Made by a program: the position numbers and the translations under genes
DNA from: Eledone cirrhosa
Lineage: Eukaryota
Assembly: GCA_964016885.1 (NCBI GenBank)
Contig: OZ024743.1
Location: forward strand, 148,428,001 to 148,492,000
Length of the DNA: 64,000 bases
Direction: 5' to 3'
Notes under the pieces: model-generated
Told to the model about the DNA's origin: nothing
The model's input: the letters and a program-made list of their open reading frames with translations, nothing else
The model's database searches: none
Part shown: one piece after another, positions 16,201 to 32,832 of the stretch
Numbering within the stretch: position 1 is the stretch's first letter
Layout: each line of letters starts with the position of its first letter

Positions 16201-19200
16201 CCTCTAATCAATCTTCAGCAGAATTATGATAAAAGATGTTTCAATCATAGCCATTCCATCCTCTCATGTGTCGTCTATCTCAGGTCATATATAATCTGTT
16301 CCTCTCTTTTTAGGAAGATTTGGCTACTATTTCTAACAGGTCAAACAGCCACATAAAAATATCAGATGTGAGTATTTAATTCTGGTTTTACAAAATTAAT
16401 TTCATTTTAAGAAGTATCTCCAAATATGTAATTTTCAATAATGACTCAAAATACTTTGAAAAATGAAGTCCCCCACCTTCACGAAAATATTAACACTTTC
16501 CAACTAAGGAAATTGAATTTTTGCTATATATGCCCCTAGATTTGAAAAGTCTTTGCTTTATGGAGATCTGAATGCATTTAAATGAAAGACACATAGATTA
16601 GTATTATTGGCACATAACCATAAAATTTGATGAGAAAAGAGTTTTAAATCCTTCCTAGCACTTAACTGGTACTTATTGTCTTGACCTGGGAAGAATAAAT
16701 GGCAAAGTTTATGCCAGACTATTTAAATTTTGGATGTAACAAAAATCATAATTCAAAAGAATGATTTCTGATGCACCAAAAAAGTTATAAATTGTTTGGA
16801 ATGGTACAGTCCATTATATCAACACAAGTATTTTATTTTAGTCACACCTGAAGAAGGAAAGGCAAAGCTATCTATAAGAGGATTTAATTCAGAATGTGAA
16901 GAGATGTACATTTTTTGCCATTCACTAATAGAAATATAACAATATTTTTCTTATAATTTTTTTCTAAAGAAGAGAGCATAGTGAGTAAACAACTGGTTTG
17001 TTTATAACGTATAAATTAAATTTAACATTAGGAAATTTAATTTGTGTAATATAGAATTATATGTTTTTATTAGCTTCTGGCAGTTTATTGAAAATTCATT
17101 TTGAAGGAAATCGTATTTTTTTGGTAAAGAATCTCTGAAAATATATCCCTTATGAATGTTTCTTACTCCAAGGTTTTATATATAACAAAATAAACTAAAA
17201 CTAATTGACTATAACATATTCTTATTTCATTCTTAACAGTGAAAAATATAGCAATACATTTTTGTCAAGCCAATGTCAAGAGAAATTGAAGTGAAACTAC
17301 ATTGATTTTTAACTCATCGTTATATAAAGATTTCTACTATAGGCACAAGGCCAGTAATTTTGAGGGAGGGGACAGTCGATTAAATTGACCCAGTGCATTA
17401 CTGGTGCTTTATTTTATTGACACCATAAGGACAAAAGGCAAAGCTAACCTCGGCAGGATTTAAACTCAGAATGTAAAGCATGGTGTTTGATCTCATCGTT
17501 ATGTAGGATAATTAGATATATTAATTAGAAAAAGAATAAGTTTGAAGATGCAAGCTCGATTTAAGCAAAAATTAAATTGGTGAATGATTGGTAAGTTTAA
17601 GCTCCATATAAGTAACAACTTTGGTTGTTATATTATTCTCTTTATAGTCACCACTCTTTCACAGTTTGTTGAAAATACATAATTTTCAAGGTTATATATG
17701 TATTTTGGTCTTAGACTTGAAGATACTAATAGAGATCAATAAAAAAAATTCTGTGTCTAGCAGGAGTGGAGCCTATGCAAGAAGTTAATTATATGTCTAT
17801 AGTGATGTTTTCATAAGTAATCCATCGATGTCAATTTTTAAGATCACTTTTCACATCCATCACCAACCAACATGTCTGCTCTCCAAGCCAAGCTAGCTTT
17901 TGTTTTCCATCTGCATAAATGTTTTTTTTAATGCTTGTGAAAAGATGAACTTTACATATTTTTCGATAAATCCATAGTTTTCACATCAACAAAATTAGTA
18001 GGTAAGTGTGATCTTATTGACTGCAGTTAATTCAAATAGAAACATTGACAGAATAAAGGATTGAGAAAGGGACGCGATTTCAGCCAGCAAACTGCATTGC
18101 AAATAAGTCTTCTCGGAGTTAAGAATTCCACTAAATCATGAGTTATAAGCTAGATACGAGGAATAAATTTTGCCACATTTAAAAAATTGGAGTCAACAAG
18201 GAAGTAAGCTACATTTTTGGTTTCGCAATCTGTTCGAAATAGCAACCAAATCTCTTTTAAATAACATACTTCACTTTTTTGAAAAGAAGGGAGCCTGAAA
18301 TGAAGCATTGATTATCAAGCCTGAATGCTTTTGACCATCCGTCTGCTTTACTAATACTAACCTGAGGTTATATAATAGCAACTGGAGTGGGTTTAAGATA
18401 CTTCAAACATTTATTTCAAAACTTCACAAAACTTAGATCACTATGTAACATCACAAAGAAGTTGGATACAAATGAGCCACCATCAAAAATTATGTTCAGT
18501 CATGATTGATGACCTAGAGATAAACAATAACAAAAAACACCTTATAAACAGCAAAGTAAACTTAACCATTCATTCAGAGTTATGACTTTGCTACCAGGGA
18601 CACTGGTAATCATTAAATTATGTAAAAAAATCACTCATTTTTAAGAATAGTGTAACTAGATGTCATGATAATATACAACTTGGTGTGAGCATACCTTCCT
18701 GATCAAGCTATTTCTCTACCGATACCCTCAGCAACAACAATAATAGTAGCAGCAGTAGTAGTAGTAGTATTGTGGTTAAAAAGCGACTGTGTGGTTAAGA
18801 AGTTTCAGGTGGGATCTAACTACATGGCATCTTGGGTAAATGTATTTTACCATACACCTTTTTCATGGTCTCTGTGACTGGAAAGGTAAATGAAGGAAGT
18901 TATTCTTATACTGGAGATCCTACATAAAGGCTTGCCGAATGGGCTCTCCTAAACACACCCAAGGCCAGGTGGTTGTATTAAACTAAATGATGGATGGAAT
19001 CTATTGCCTAATAACATGGAAAATCACTATGATGGACTTCCATATGGTTTCCATTTTCCAAGCTCCTCTGCAAGATCGGAGTGTTGGTGGCCTGCCTGAG
19101 GAGAGAGCCCCGCGAGCTTGGGTGGCTGTTCCAGTGGGTGTCAGTGGCCATCATCCGCAGGAATGCTTTTATCATCTTGTCTGCGGGGCGCAGCACATCT

Positions 19201-20759
19201 GCCATCTTGCTCTAAGCCCAAAGCCTAATCACCCTCATCCTTCACCCCTCCCCTCTCTTCTGTGACACCAGCACTCTTGCCATCCCCTCCCCTCCCATTC
19301 TTTTTTCTCTATATTTCCCTATTCTTTCTTTCCTCTTGCTGGTGTTTCCCTTTTATGTTATTATTACTGTCATTATAGTTTTCACTATTATTATTGTTAC
19401 TGCAAATAATATGCTTGTACAGTTTTATCATAAATAAATCCTATTTACAAGTTATTTGTCAACTCAAGGCTATAGAAGAAATCACTCAAGGTTCCATGCA
19501 GTGAGATTGAACCTAGAAACCTTGTGAATTTGAAGCAAACTTCTTATCTATACCTAATAAGAAATCAGTACCATGGCAGAGAGACCAGCATAGAAATCTG
19601 CATAGAGATAAATGCATGCCTGTACTTTTACATCAGATGTATTATATTGTATCAGTGTTTCAATGATGTGGGGGAGTAAGATGATGTAGAAATGTAGTCA
19701 CCCACCACCACTCCACCCCACCCACCACCCCTCACCCATTAATTTTCAGTCTGATCATTTTTAATATGCTACTTTGTTGTTAGTTAGTTAAACAGGAAGA
19801 AAATTTACTTTTTCTTATTCAAAAGTTGAATTAAGCAAGAATGAATAAATAAAAAAAATAAATAAAATTTTAAAAAATAAACTTGGTTATTGCTTGTTGT
19901 GTGTTGATATTTTAAAAGTGTTTGTTGTTATTATTTGTATTATATAATTTTTTTTTTTCTATATTTAAACTGGAAAATTATTTTCATTTTTTGTGTTTAT
20001 TTTTTTAGTTTGTTTGCTGTCTTGGGTGTTATTTTCTTGTTATTGATATAGTTATTCTTGCTGATCTCTCTTGTGATATTTTTGCTGCTTGTGGTATTGT
20101 TGTTATTGTTGTTGATGGCATTGTTGTGTTGTTGTAATTCTATTTGATGATAAAGCTATTGTTGTTGATTTTCTCATTGATACTTTTGGTAGTAATGGTG
20201 TTGCTGTTGTTATCACTATAAACAGTTTTATGAATAAAAGTGTGAGGAAATATTGTGATATAATTGCATGAAAACTTTGTTCAATTTTTCTCTCTGTATT
20301 TTTTTTTCTAATATAATGCCATATTATGCAATATAATATAATGTACTGCAATGTGGTAAAGTGAACTACAATGTAATACAGTGTGGCAATATGGGGTTAT
20401 GCAATGGAATATAGTGTACTACACTACTGTATAGTGTATTGTAGTATTGTGTATATTGCAGGGATGTGTAATATAATGTAGAGTAGCATATATCGTAGTG
20501 TGATGTAATAAAATTTAGTACAGTGCAGTTTAGTGTAGCATAATATAGTGTAGTCGATTGTATATATATTAATCAGGGGTTGTGTTGTAATGTAGTACAG
20601 AGTATTGTATTGTACTGTAGTTTAGTATAGTATACTTTAATACATTTTAGTGCAATGTAAAGTAGTGTAGTGCATTTTAGTCTAGTATCTCTGATGATGG
20701 TGTGGAGGGGGGGGGGTTGTGTTATACTTGTGCATGAGTGGAAATGCAGTATGGTCTTG

Positions 20760-20965
20760 ACTGTAGAGGACCTTCAAAATCAAGAGAGAGCTGGGGTGAG
20801 TTTGATCAAGGGACATGGCATAGGTGTTCTGGGAGGGATTCTGCTTAAGAGGAATCCAATGTGGTGTGAAAGAGGGAGGACTGCAATGGTATGGGCATGT
20901 GAAGTGCATGGAGGATAACAGCTGTATAATGAGATGTAGCGAAATCTCTGTGGATGGGATTCCTG
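20760..20965 (+). mobile_element. RTE LINE C-terminal fragment
   Basis: LQWYGHVKCMEDNSCIMRC matches the RLRWYGHV motif at 42922-43176. Confidence 0.7.
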
Positions 20966-21334
20966 GAATTGCCTTTTCTTACATTTCTTGCTCCCCCATT
21001 ATCCTTTTAAACCCCATTACAACTGTAATATAGCCATTATACTCTCATTACCAACCCATCTATTACCACCCAATACATCATGCCTATCATCCTCCCTACC
21101 TCACTTATTCCATCCTCCCCATAAAATAAAAAGAATTCTTCAGGAGTGTCAATGACCAACAACCTCCTTAGTACTAGTGCTATGGTAAAATATACTCAGT
21201 ATACTCTGTTAAGGGCATCAAGTCGTAGAACCTATGCCAAAAAGAGAAAAAGATCTCTAGTGCTGGTGCCATGAAAAATACATTTGATACATACTGGAAT
21301 GTGGTTAGTGACAGGAAGAGCATCCAGTTGTAGA

Positions 21335-21940
21335 AATAATTGTTTCTACTTTTGGCACAAGGCCAGCAATTACCCCAGTACATTACTGGTACTTTATTTT
21401 ATTGACCCTGTAAGGATGAAAGGCAAAATTAACCTCAGCAGGATTTGAACTCAGAACATAAAGGGGTGTAAGGACACAAAAGCGTTGAGAGAACTCTTCA
21501 GTTGTGTCAGGGACCCAACAATCTCTCTAGTGTAAGCAATATGACAAAACACATCTAGTACACTCAGTAAGGGGGTTGGTGATAGTAAGGTTATCTATTC
21601 ATAAAAAAAACAAACTTGCAAAACAAAGGGTGGCAGAACTCTTAAGTTGTGTCAAAAACATTAAGCCTGCCATCCCCCCAGTGCTGGTGACATGATGAAA
21701 TGCATAGCCCACTGTAGAGTTCCCATCTGAGATATCAGTGCATCCAGTTAAGTAATAACTGTTTCTACTTTTGGCACAAGGCCAGCAATTCACCAGTGTA
21801 TTACTGGTACTTTATTTTATTGACCCCGTAAGGATGAAAGGCAAAGTTAACCTCGGCGGAATTTGAACTCAGAATGGAAAGGGCTGTAACTCTTTGCGTC
21901 AAAGCATGGCGTCCGACCCTCTACCGATACTGCCAATCCA
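21335..21940 (-). mobile_element. Two copies of a tRNA-derived SINE (21335-21470, 21755-21940)
   Basis: Shared GGTACTTTATTTTATTGACCC..AAGGATGAAAGGCAAA..AACCTC.GC.GATTTGAACTCAG block; also at 17330-17490 and 47708-47890, with decayed copies at 10380-11560 and 16600-16910. Confidence 0.8.
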
Positions 21941-22682
21941 TTGGTCTGGGATGATCTGTCCAACACTTGCTAGCAGGGAAAACAGACGTTAAATGATGAT
22001 GATGAGATACCAGTGACTGTAAATGAATATCTCCCGATGACGAGACTAATAATACATGCTATTCAGTAGATAAACACCTGGAGGAATTATTAATAGGTAA
22101 TAGGTAGAGTTAGATGAAAATATTTGAATATCACATGTCATTTCACAATGTGGAAAAACAGTAACAGTTGGATCAAGATAAAGACAAGAATATCATACAT
22201 CATATATTTGTGTTTATGAGTAGAAAGTCAGAAAATCCCTATAGAGACAGTTCAGTGTAATAATTGATAACTAACAGTAACAGACATGTAAGAAAATGTG
22301 ATAAAAGTTTAGATGAAAACAAGTTGGGGGGGGGGGGGGGGCATATGAATGGAATAAACCAGTTGCAAACCATTCCTTACCAAACTAATACTAAACGGAA
22401 TAACTGAGCCCAGTATTGCAACCTATTGACATGTTGTGTAAATACTGATTAAAGTAATAAATATATACAAATACACACACATATATATTTATGTGTATAT
22501 GTATATATATATATACCTAAGGCAGTAAGATAACAACCTAAGGTATAAGATGACAACAGACCCTCCCATGGAAATCAAACCCCATATCTATTGTATGCCA
22601 GGTAACTCCATCACAAATTAGACCAATGAAGTTCTGACAAACTATGTTATGCTTGTAAATGCTCCAATTTATAAGTACATTT

Positions 22683-22870
22683 GTTTTGAAACAGCAAGTG
22701 AGTTTGAAATAGAAAATAGAAGATTTCGCAGTATTTTTTACTAAAGAAATTTTAGCCTGATGGTGGGGTTTAAAACCCTCTAAGAAATGGAAAAAGATGA
22801 GTATTGATGTACATGGGAGTTGAACCCAAATCTTTGGTTATCCAGACAACTGTACTACCATTACACCAAC
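22683..22870 (-). mobile_element. tRNA-headed SINE-like element
   Basis: Minus strand TGGTGTAATGGTAGT...GGGTTCAACTCCCA (A and B boxes), followed by the body seen at 12828-12967. Confidence 0.7.
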
Positions 22871-23643
22871 ACATCACCTGTATAGATACATATACAGACA
22901 CAAATTCATGCACACACACAACCATGCATATATATATATATACCTATATATAGAGAGAGAATCTGTGGTGTTGAGACCAGGGAGACCACTAACTAGGAGA
23001 GTACACTATGTATGGGAAGAAGTAAAATGAGTTTTGAGGAAGGGGCAAACCCAACCACGATAACAAGCAGTTTAGGCTTGTGTTTAGCAAGCCTTTCAAA
23101 GTGTGTGTTTGCTTGAAAAAACATTATATATAAATGTCACATTGAGTTAATGTTCACACGCGTTTGAGGCAAAAGAATGAAATGCCTGTCGATGAAGTGA
23201 ATCCCCTGTTCGAGCATGGAATACCACAAGGTTACGTGTTACGTAAGTTGGATAGATGATTTTGGATTTTCATAGAAACATATCGGACGTATTGCAGAAT
23301 ATCGTTCGATCTGTCCAGGTCTGTTGTTTTAACCTGATTAGTTCTTTTGTTGTTTTGGTATTGTATGGTTGGGTTTTGCCTGCCGCAATTTTCAATTTGT
23401 CAAGCTATTTAAACGTAATGTTATTACACATTCCTTACTCATTCCTTATTGTAGGTCGACTTTGCTTGGCTACAGCCAAAGCTTCGATTTTACTAAGCTT
23501 CCACTTGTATATGTATATATATATATATATATATACAAATGAATATATGATATGGATATGATATGATAGGGATAAACACTGATACAAGTATACATGTGTT
23601 CGCATTGCAAATGACCATGTTAGCTACATTGAAAAATACTAAT

Positions 23644-23709
<66 letters not shown>

Positions 23710-24600
23710 TGTAATAAACAACATAAAGCAATTATTTCATTTACCAGTGGTTTCTTAAAAGCAAAAACATTTTGCTTTTAGTCATCAGAATGAAAAAATC
23801 CTGGTGTATATATATATATATATATATATGAAAACTAAATAAAAAACTATATCAAAACTAAAAAGATAGACACAGATACAAAGGGAAATATATATACACA
23901 ATGATATTTAAATTCACTGTTCTCATAAACACATAGAATGTATATATGTATATATATATACACACATGTATAAAAACAACAAACAACCACACACGTGTAG
24001 AAATACACAAACACTGCCAGAAATCCATACAGAGAGAAAGAGATAACATACATATAGAAGAATAAATAGAGCTCTTAAAGCAAACTGCTTTGTTTGAATA
24101 GACTTGACCTCTGATTAGGGAAGCAGGGTGGGTGGGTAAAGAGGAGGGATGAGTTAGAGTGGTGGGTGGGTATGAAGTTGTTACTTCTTGTAGGGGATCG
24201 TTGTGGTGCATGGGAAAATGAGAGTGGGGATGGCAAAGTAGCAGAGTGAGGTAGTAAGTGAAAGTGAGAGAAGTGATGGAGAACTATTGCTGTATGGAAC
24301 AGACAGATGAGATAAAATAGTATAATAGTAGTGGTGGTGGTGGTGGTAGTAGTAGTTTTGTAAAGCCATCCACTCCAGTTAGAATTGTAGTCTCATCTCC
24401 AGAGCCATGCCTATCCCTTCCATGCTATCCGACCAACATTATTACAGGAAGGAAAGACAGGAAAGAACAGTTTATGATGCTTCTCCCGCCCGTCACTCCC
24501 TCCTACTTTCCCAACATCACCACCACCACCACCACCACCATCATCTTTTTAGCCCTTACCCTTACCGTCAGAACCAGTCTTTCATCACCACACACAAACT

Positions 24601-25079
<479 letters not shown>

Positions 25080-25391
25080 TCTCGGGTCCCAAATAATACG
25101 AGGGGTGGAATAGCTGGGGGAGGTATAAGCGTTGGGTTTGTAAAATCGGTAATTTTTCTAGGTTGTCTCCGTTGACTTTTTTCAAAATCGAGATTGGTCG
25201 TTACGTTTTACTTCACCTAAATAAAAGGAAAAAAAAAACTATATTCAAATCACAAAGACAACCGTTGATTATAATGTTAATTAAAATTCCTGTGTTGTGC
25301 AAAAGTTTCTGTATTTAACAAGTGACAAGTCACACAAAAAATGTACGATAAAAGCAGATTAGTATGTATGAGATGAAAGGAGGGTATTTAA

Positions 25392-26620
25392 CTAATGTAA
25401 TGGTACGCGATGGGGCCCACCCACAGCCCCGGCGGACAGAATGGAGAAGGCGTTTCCCCGGAGGACGGCAGGGGAGATGCTCTGGAAAAGCCACTCCAAC
25501 TCGCGGGGCTCACACCTACGGCTGGCCAGCTCAGCGCCTATGGTGGTGAGTAAGAGGGTAGCCCTAGGGCCGAGGACACCAGAAGTCTCCACTGCCAGGG
25601 GAACGACCGCAAACCTGTCAGAGAGCGACCGGTATTTGAGGATTTGAGGAGTTTGGCCCCCTCAGCCCGACGTGCAGCAGAACCTGGGTCAGTCACAGAC
25701 TGCACCAGGTTGCGGCTTCAGAAAGTGTCAGTGCAAGTGGCGTCCCAGACGAGGGGTTTGCCACCGCGGAACGTGATGATGGTTATGCCATCTGGCTTTT
25801 TGCCGTCCCCTCGATCCAGCCCCTCCGGCTCGAGCTGGGAAGGGAAGCCTGCAGCGTCCAAGCCATGCTTAATGACCTCGTTGAGGGCAGTATGGCGTGG
25901 AATGCGGCTGGCACTGTGGCGACAGGAAAGCGGGTGGAGGCCGAAAGAGTTCACGGTGGAACCGCAGCGACATCGGTGTGGCTGGCAGATCCGGAGGTCG
26001 AGCCTCAGGGAAACGCCGATTCACAGGCTATGGTTGTGTAGCTGCGTGCCAGTGAAGAAGGAGGGCAGAGCATGGAGCCAGGCACCACTGTGGGGTTTGG
26101 AGGCCGCACGAAAACAAGCAAGGTGGTGCTGGTCGAGCTGGCGCGAGAGCCTGTCTGAGGCCAGGCTGCACTGGATGGCATCCCAAGTGCGTTGGGGGGA
26201 CTTGACGTCAACAGGGGGAGAAGGAGGAGGGATGTCTACTGGGCTAAGTCCCAGCCGGTCCCACGTCTCACAGGCGGCCTCACGTTCTCTGAACACAGAG
26301 GGTTCTGTTGTGTTTTGAAGAACCCTGCTGACGAGGTCGCGGCACGAGGTTACCGATGAAAGATACGCGGGCAAAGCTAGTGAGATCGGGGACCGGAGGC
26401 CTAGGCCGCCGTACCTGACCGGTAAAGTGGCCTGTTGCCACCCTATGTCGTCAAACTTGACGTTGCATATCCCCTCGGCTGCTGCTCGGATACAAGTATC
26501 GAGGTCAGCGAGGAGAGATGTCTGGGTGTAGGATGGAGCGCTGCGGAGTGTATAGAGGAGCTTCGGCATGGCGAAGCAGTTCCTCAGCAGAAAGAGAGCT
26601 GGGTGGCCGTCAATCAAGCG
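25392..26620 (-). mobile_element. CRE-clade-like non-LTR retrotransposon 3' half (RT thumb, CCHC, restriction-like endonuclease), disrupted
   Basis: [57 protein letters not shown] and VLRGNA; GC-rich island with frameshifts. Confidence 0.88.
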
Positions 26621-26699
26621 TAGTCAGATAGTGATAGTAGTGAAATAGATACGTGCGCGTGTGAAACCGTTAATACATAGTTATTATAACGTTGGATAT

Positions 26700-27250
26700 T
26701 TAAGTATCAGCAGCAACATAGAATTGATAAATGTGTCCGAACACGGAAGAGCCGAACTCCCACTGTCATCACCTCCATCTCTCTCGCTCTCTCCATCTCT
26801 CTTTAATATGAGCAAATGGGGTCCCACATGCTGGCCGCCCCACATTCCCGGCGGACAGAATGGAGAAGGCGTTTCTCCGAAGGATGGTAAGGGAGATGCG
26901 CTGGAAGAGCCTTTCAATCTCGCGAGGCTCACACTTGCGGCTAGCCATCTCAGTGCCTATGGTGGTAAGTAGGGAGGTAGACCTAGGGCCAAGGACACCA
27001 GAAGTCTCCACTACGAGGCGCACGACTACAAACCTGTCGGAGAGCGACCAATACTTGGAGAGTTTGCCGAAACATACATATACACCGGGTTCGATCACAA
27101 AAGATCCAAACTCTCACTGTCACTGCCTCCGTCTCACCCGCTCTACCCATCTCTCACTATTATGAACAAATTGGGACCCATGCGCTGTCCGCCCTGCGGC
27201 CCCGGCGGACAGAATAGAGAAGGCGTTTTCCCGGAGGATGGTGAGGGACA
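26700..27250 (-). mobile_element. Two further diverged copies of the CRE C-terminus (26700-27075, 27113-27250)
   Basis: VETSGVLGPR..ISLTILRRNAFSILSAG and VSLTILRENAFSILSAG repeat the end of the 25392 copy. Confidence 0.8.
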
Positions 27251-27473
27251 CCATATTGAAACCCCAACCCATTCTATTTATTTTATAACGTATGGGATTT
27301 CCAGTAATGTTCTTTTTTGTCATGTATACTGTTTTTTTAATATATAAAGAAAATTAATTGTTGCAGGAATGCTACCACTTAAAATAAAATTTCGCAAAAT
27401 TAAATAAACATAGGGGAGGTACAAATCTGAAAAAAAATTATAAGCGGGGAGGAACATTATTTGAGACCCGAGA

Positions 27474-27516
<43 letters not shown>

Positions 27517-27682
27517 CGAGAGTATGTATATATATATATATATGAATATATATATATACCCGAGAGTATATATATATATATATATATAACAACTTAATAA
27601 TTGTTTCTACTTTTGGTACAAGGCCACCAATTATCCCAGTGTATTACTAATGATAATACACAATATTATGTAAGGTTACCGC

Positions 27683-27746
<64 letters not shown>

Positions 27747-29349
27747 GAATGTATTGAAGCACGGGGTAATATAGATTAAGAAGATCGAATGTGGGTCTAA
27801 AGTATCTACAGAATTCGGATCGAGTAGAAAGAGTGTTTACCCGAGTTATATTCGGATCCGTTATTGCAGGTAAAAGCTAGAAATAGCCATTATCGATTTC
27901 ACGAAACATCACTTCACTCGCACAAACAAGTTCCATGCATTTTGTATGGTCGACATTGCTAGGTGAAAGTGGTACCATGTCTATAACGTAGTTGGTAAGA
28001 TCATACTCGCGGTTACACTAAATCTTGCTCAGGTCTTCCCTACAATTACATACATCTATTGACATCTATCAGTACTTGTGAGATTATATACTCTAGTTAT
28101 CATTGTTAACACGTCGGACGGATTGAGTGAGCAGTGCAGTGACATGGTCTGTATGGGTTTTATGTTGCTTCCCCCGTCACTCCTCCGTTCAAAGAAAATG
28201 AAAATGTTGTTTTTCAATTAAAATAGTTACATGATATTCTCAAATAAACATTCAGGAACTTTTCATTCTTTGCGTAATCGGATGAAATCTACTCGTTCAT
28301 ATCCATAATATAATATTGCATTCTTTGAATATAATCTAGCAGGCTGACCCTGATTGTCCTATTAAATTTATCAATCTCTCTTTTTAATGCATTCTGTCTT
28401 TAAATACCAACGTTGAGATTATAGATCTGGCTGACTACCTGTCCGCAAATATATTCTAAAATCCAATGGTTGAATTTGGATCTAGCTAATGCAAATTCTA
28501 AAACCATTTAAAATCTATTGCTGAGCAAGCTAATGGAGCAAATTAATTTTAAGTCAAAAAACGTATGTTTGTCATAAAAACTTGAAGAAAAAGAAAATTC
28601 TACGTGTTTTTATTTCTACAACGGAAATTATAGTCATAAAATTATTTTTATATAATCTTCGTAAAATAATTTTTTCGTATCTAATAATATAGATTTGTTT
28701 ATAACATTGTACAAATTTGAAGAGAAGTAGTGCTACCAGAATGTCTATGGCACTGTGGTACCTAACCCTAAACTGTAAAGTTTTACAACTTAATACCGTA
28801 AAACATGAAGGGCGATAAATTAGATAATATTGTCTTGAAATACTCTGTCCAAAGATAGATATTAGTGGTCAGGGCTGAAGCATCTATGATTATAAATTTT
28901 CTGTATAAGCGTTGACCTGAGAATAAACGATGGTAGTATCGCTAGGATGTTAACTAAAATGTAGTGAGATGAAATTAAATACTTCAAAATCTGTTGTCTG
29001 TTACTCTTTCACTGTATTTTATGTAATTGACGTACATTTATGTGGTGCTTGAATTGGTAGGAATAGCAACCAAATCCCCCACACCATACCGTACCATTCT
29101 GAAAAGAGGGAACATCGGATGTTAGTTACTGATTAAGTAAAGCTTAAGAAAAAGAACGTGATAATCATTCCTGGAATGCATTTGATCATAGGTTTAATCA
29201 GAGGCATCCATCAATGGAGGCCCATTCACTTTCTCCTATCGAATACTTTGAGAAGTATTGTGGTGGTATTCATATCTTTCCGAGAAGCATTAATAAATTA
29301 TAAATCTTTAATCTCGGGGAGATGTTTGTGTAGTTGTGTGCATTAAGAC

Positions 29350-29645
29350 CTCACGGTCGAAAGGTTCCAAGTTCAACTACAATCCAATTTGAGATGTTCT
29401 CGCGCCGAACTGAGCCCTGTGAATGAATGTGGATTGGCAAAAAACTGTTTAGAAGCCGGTCTGATGGATTGTTCTTCACGGAGCAAGCCTTGTCACACAC
29501 TGTATCGCGCCGAATTTCCATGAGAATTATGTTAAAGGGTACTCGTGCCTATGGAATGTTCAGTTACTTGCATATAAATTGCAAGGAGGTTGTTCCATTG
29601 ATCGAACTACTGGAACACTCAACGTCAAAACGGACGGAAGTTCAT
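29350..29645 (+). mobile_element. Decayed SINE-like dispersed repeat
   Basis: B-box-like AAGTTCAACT; 3' part homologous to 45650-45765. Confidence 0.55.
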
Positions 29646-30100
29646 TTAATTGTGGGTGTATATAAATGTATCAGGTAGGTTGTGTATAGATCTATTTTCA
29701 TATGTGATTATAGAAAATAATAGTTTTAGAAATGATGGCAATAATGTTGATGATGGTGGTGATGATACTAAAGGTGGAAGGTGGTGTTAGTGCGTGATTA
29801 TGCGTATATCAACTTAAAGACACTAGGAAATAGATAGACACACATACACACACACGCACGTGAAAAAGAAATAGTACCGCTCATTCAACTCAATACACCC
29901 TCCTTTATCAAATCAATTACTATTGCCAAATCAAAGTGTTTAACAGTGCTGTTTCCAAAAGAGGTCACAGAGACCGGAAGGAAACTGTCACAGGTAAATT
30001 TCTAATTTGTTCCAGATTACACCAGCCTTTAGAATATTTCATTTCCTTATGTCTTCTTCGAGTAGATAAATTATAGTCACCGATCATCAGTGGCTATGTA

Positions 30101-30141
<41 letters not shown>

Positions 30142-30234
30142 AGTGGGTGTATGCTGTGTATACACAAGTCGTTGCGAATATGTGTTTAACTTAATATATG
30201 TCTGTAGTTAGATGCGTATATATACACGCATCTA

Positions 30235-30284
<50 letters not shown>

Positions 30285-30792
30285 TGTATGTATCATATCT
30301 TTTCATATGAACACTTATAATTCAATGTATATAAATAGATATTAGTTTATATATATATATTTATGTATACAATGACTGTGTGTATATGTGCGTTCGTACA
30401 CATTCATTATTAATACAGAAGATTTGTGATACACACACAACTACACAACACCATCAGTTGTCTTTCAATGGAACTTTTTGCTTCTCATTTCCTCTGATTT
30501 CTTTCTCCAATTTCAGCTTATTGCTACATAAACTATTATTTCTCTAGATTAACTGCTATTACTCTAAAATAAATGTTCTAAATGGGGATGGGCTTATGTA
30601 TGCGCACATATGTGTTTGCATATGGATGGCAATACGCTTGTATGTATGTGTGTGAGATCTATGAGCATTTTTTCCTTATGGAATGCGCGCACATACATAC
30701 ATTTATCTCTGCATGTAAATGTATATATGAATGTGTGCGCATGAGTGTGTAAATATGTATATCTCTGCGTGTGTACATATCCACGCACACGC

Positions 30793-32125
<1,333 letters not shown>

Positions 32126-32832
32126 GTTGATGTATTTTTTCTGAAAGATTCTTGAGGTGAAATCGTGTGTTGAAACGGGTATTATTATATTTGTTGATGC
32201 TTATGTTGCCAATAGAAGGAAACACACACAATATAATTTTCACTTTATCTTTATTTTTCGTTTGTCAAAGTTATTACAGCACAGATTCTGTGATCTCCTC
32301 AATGACTATCTGTTTTGTGTCTCCTCTTCTTTTTTGTCTTAAATTTCTCTTCCATCTTGTCTTTGTTTTGTGGTGCAGTTTTCGTGATTCCTGATGGTTT
32401 GTGCCTGTGTGTTTCATTTCTATACTCACAGAATCGTCAGACCAGGTTGGTGATCCTATGAAAATACAGCTGAATCTCCAGAGTAACAAAGTTCATCACT
32501 TAACCATGATAAAAAATATTATTAAACTCTACTTCAGTATCGAGTACGCATTCTCGCATCCGTTAACATAACGCACAAATATCTATATAATAACTCGTGG
32601 TTTCTCATCACACCAAACAATAACTGAATTTTGTTTCAGACGTTGGTGGGGAATTCCTCAGCTCTCTCACTATTACACTTCATCTCTCTCTCCTACTCTG
32701 TACGAAATAGGCTGTGTTCAGAACTGGAGAGGGAATTGGATCCACGGTGTATACAGTTGCCCGAGTCATACATCATATCCCTACGGCACCTCTATGACTC
32801 CATTGAGAGTTGTGGGTCATATATATATATAT

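Noticed and set aside
22810-22870. tRNA gene
   Set aside because: Only A and B boxes with a poor cloverleaf, attached to a repeat body; treated as a SINE head
23180-23290. GTCGATGA…GAAACATATCGGAC hammerhead-like pattern
   Set aside because: Needs several core changes; single copy, so cannot be supported
25644-26318. 224-aa plus-strand ORF
   Set aside because: Antisense shadow of the GC-rich CRE coding strand
30203-30240. Short hairpin TGTAGTTAGATGCG…CGCATCTAACTACA
   Set aside because: Most likely a local inversion at a TA tract; no functional motif
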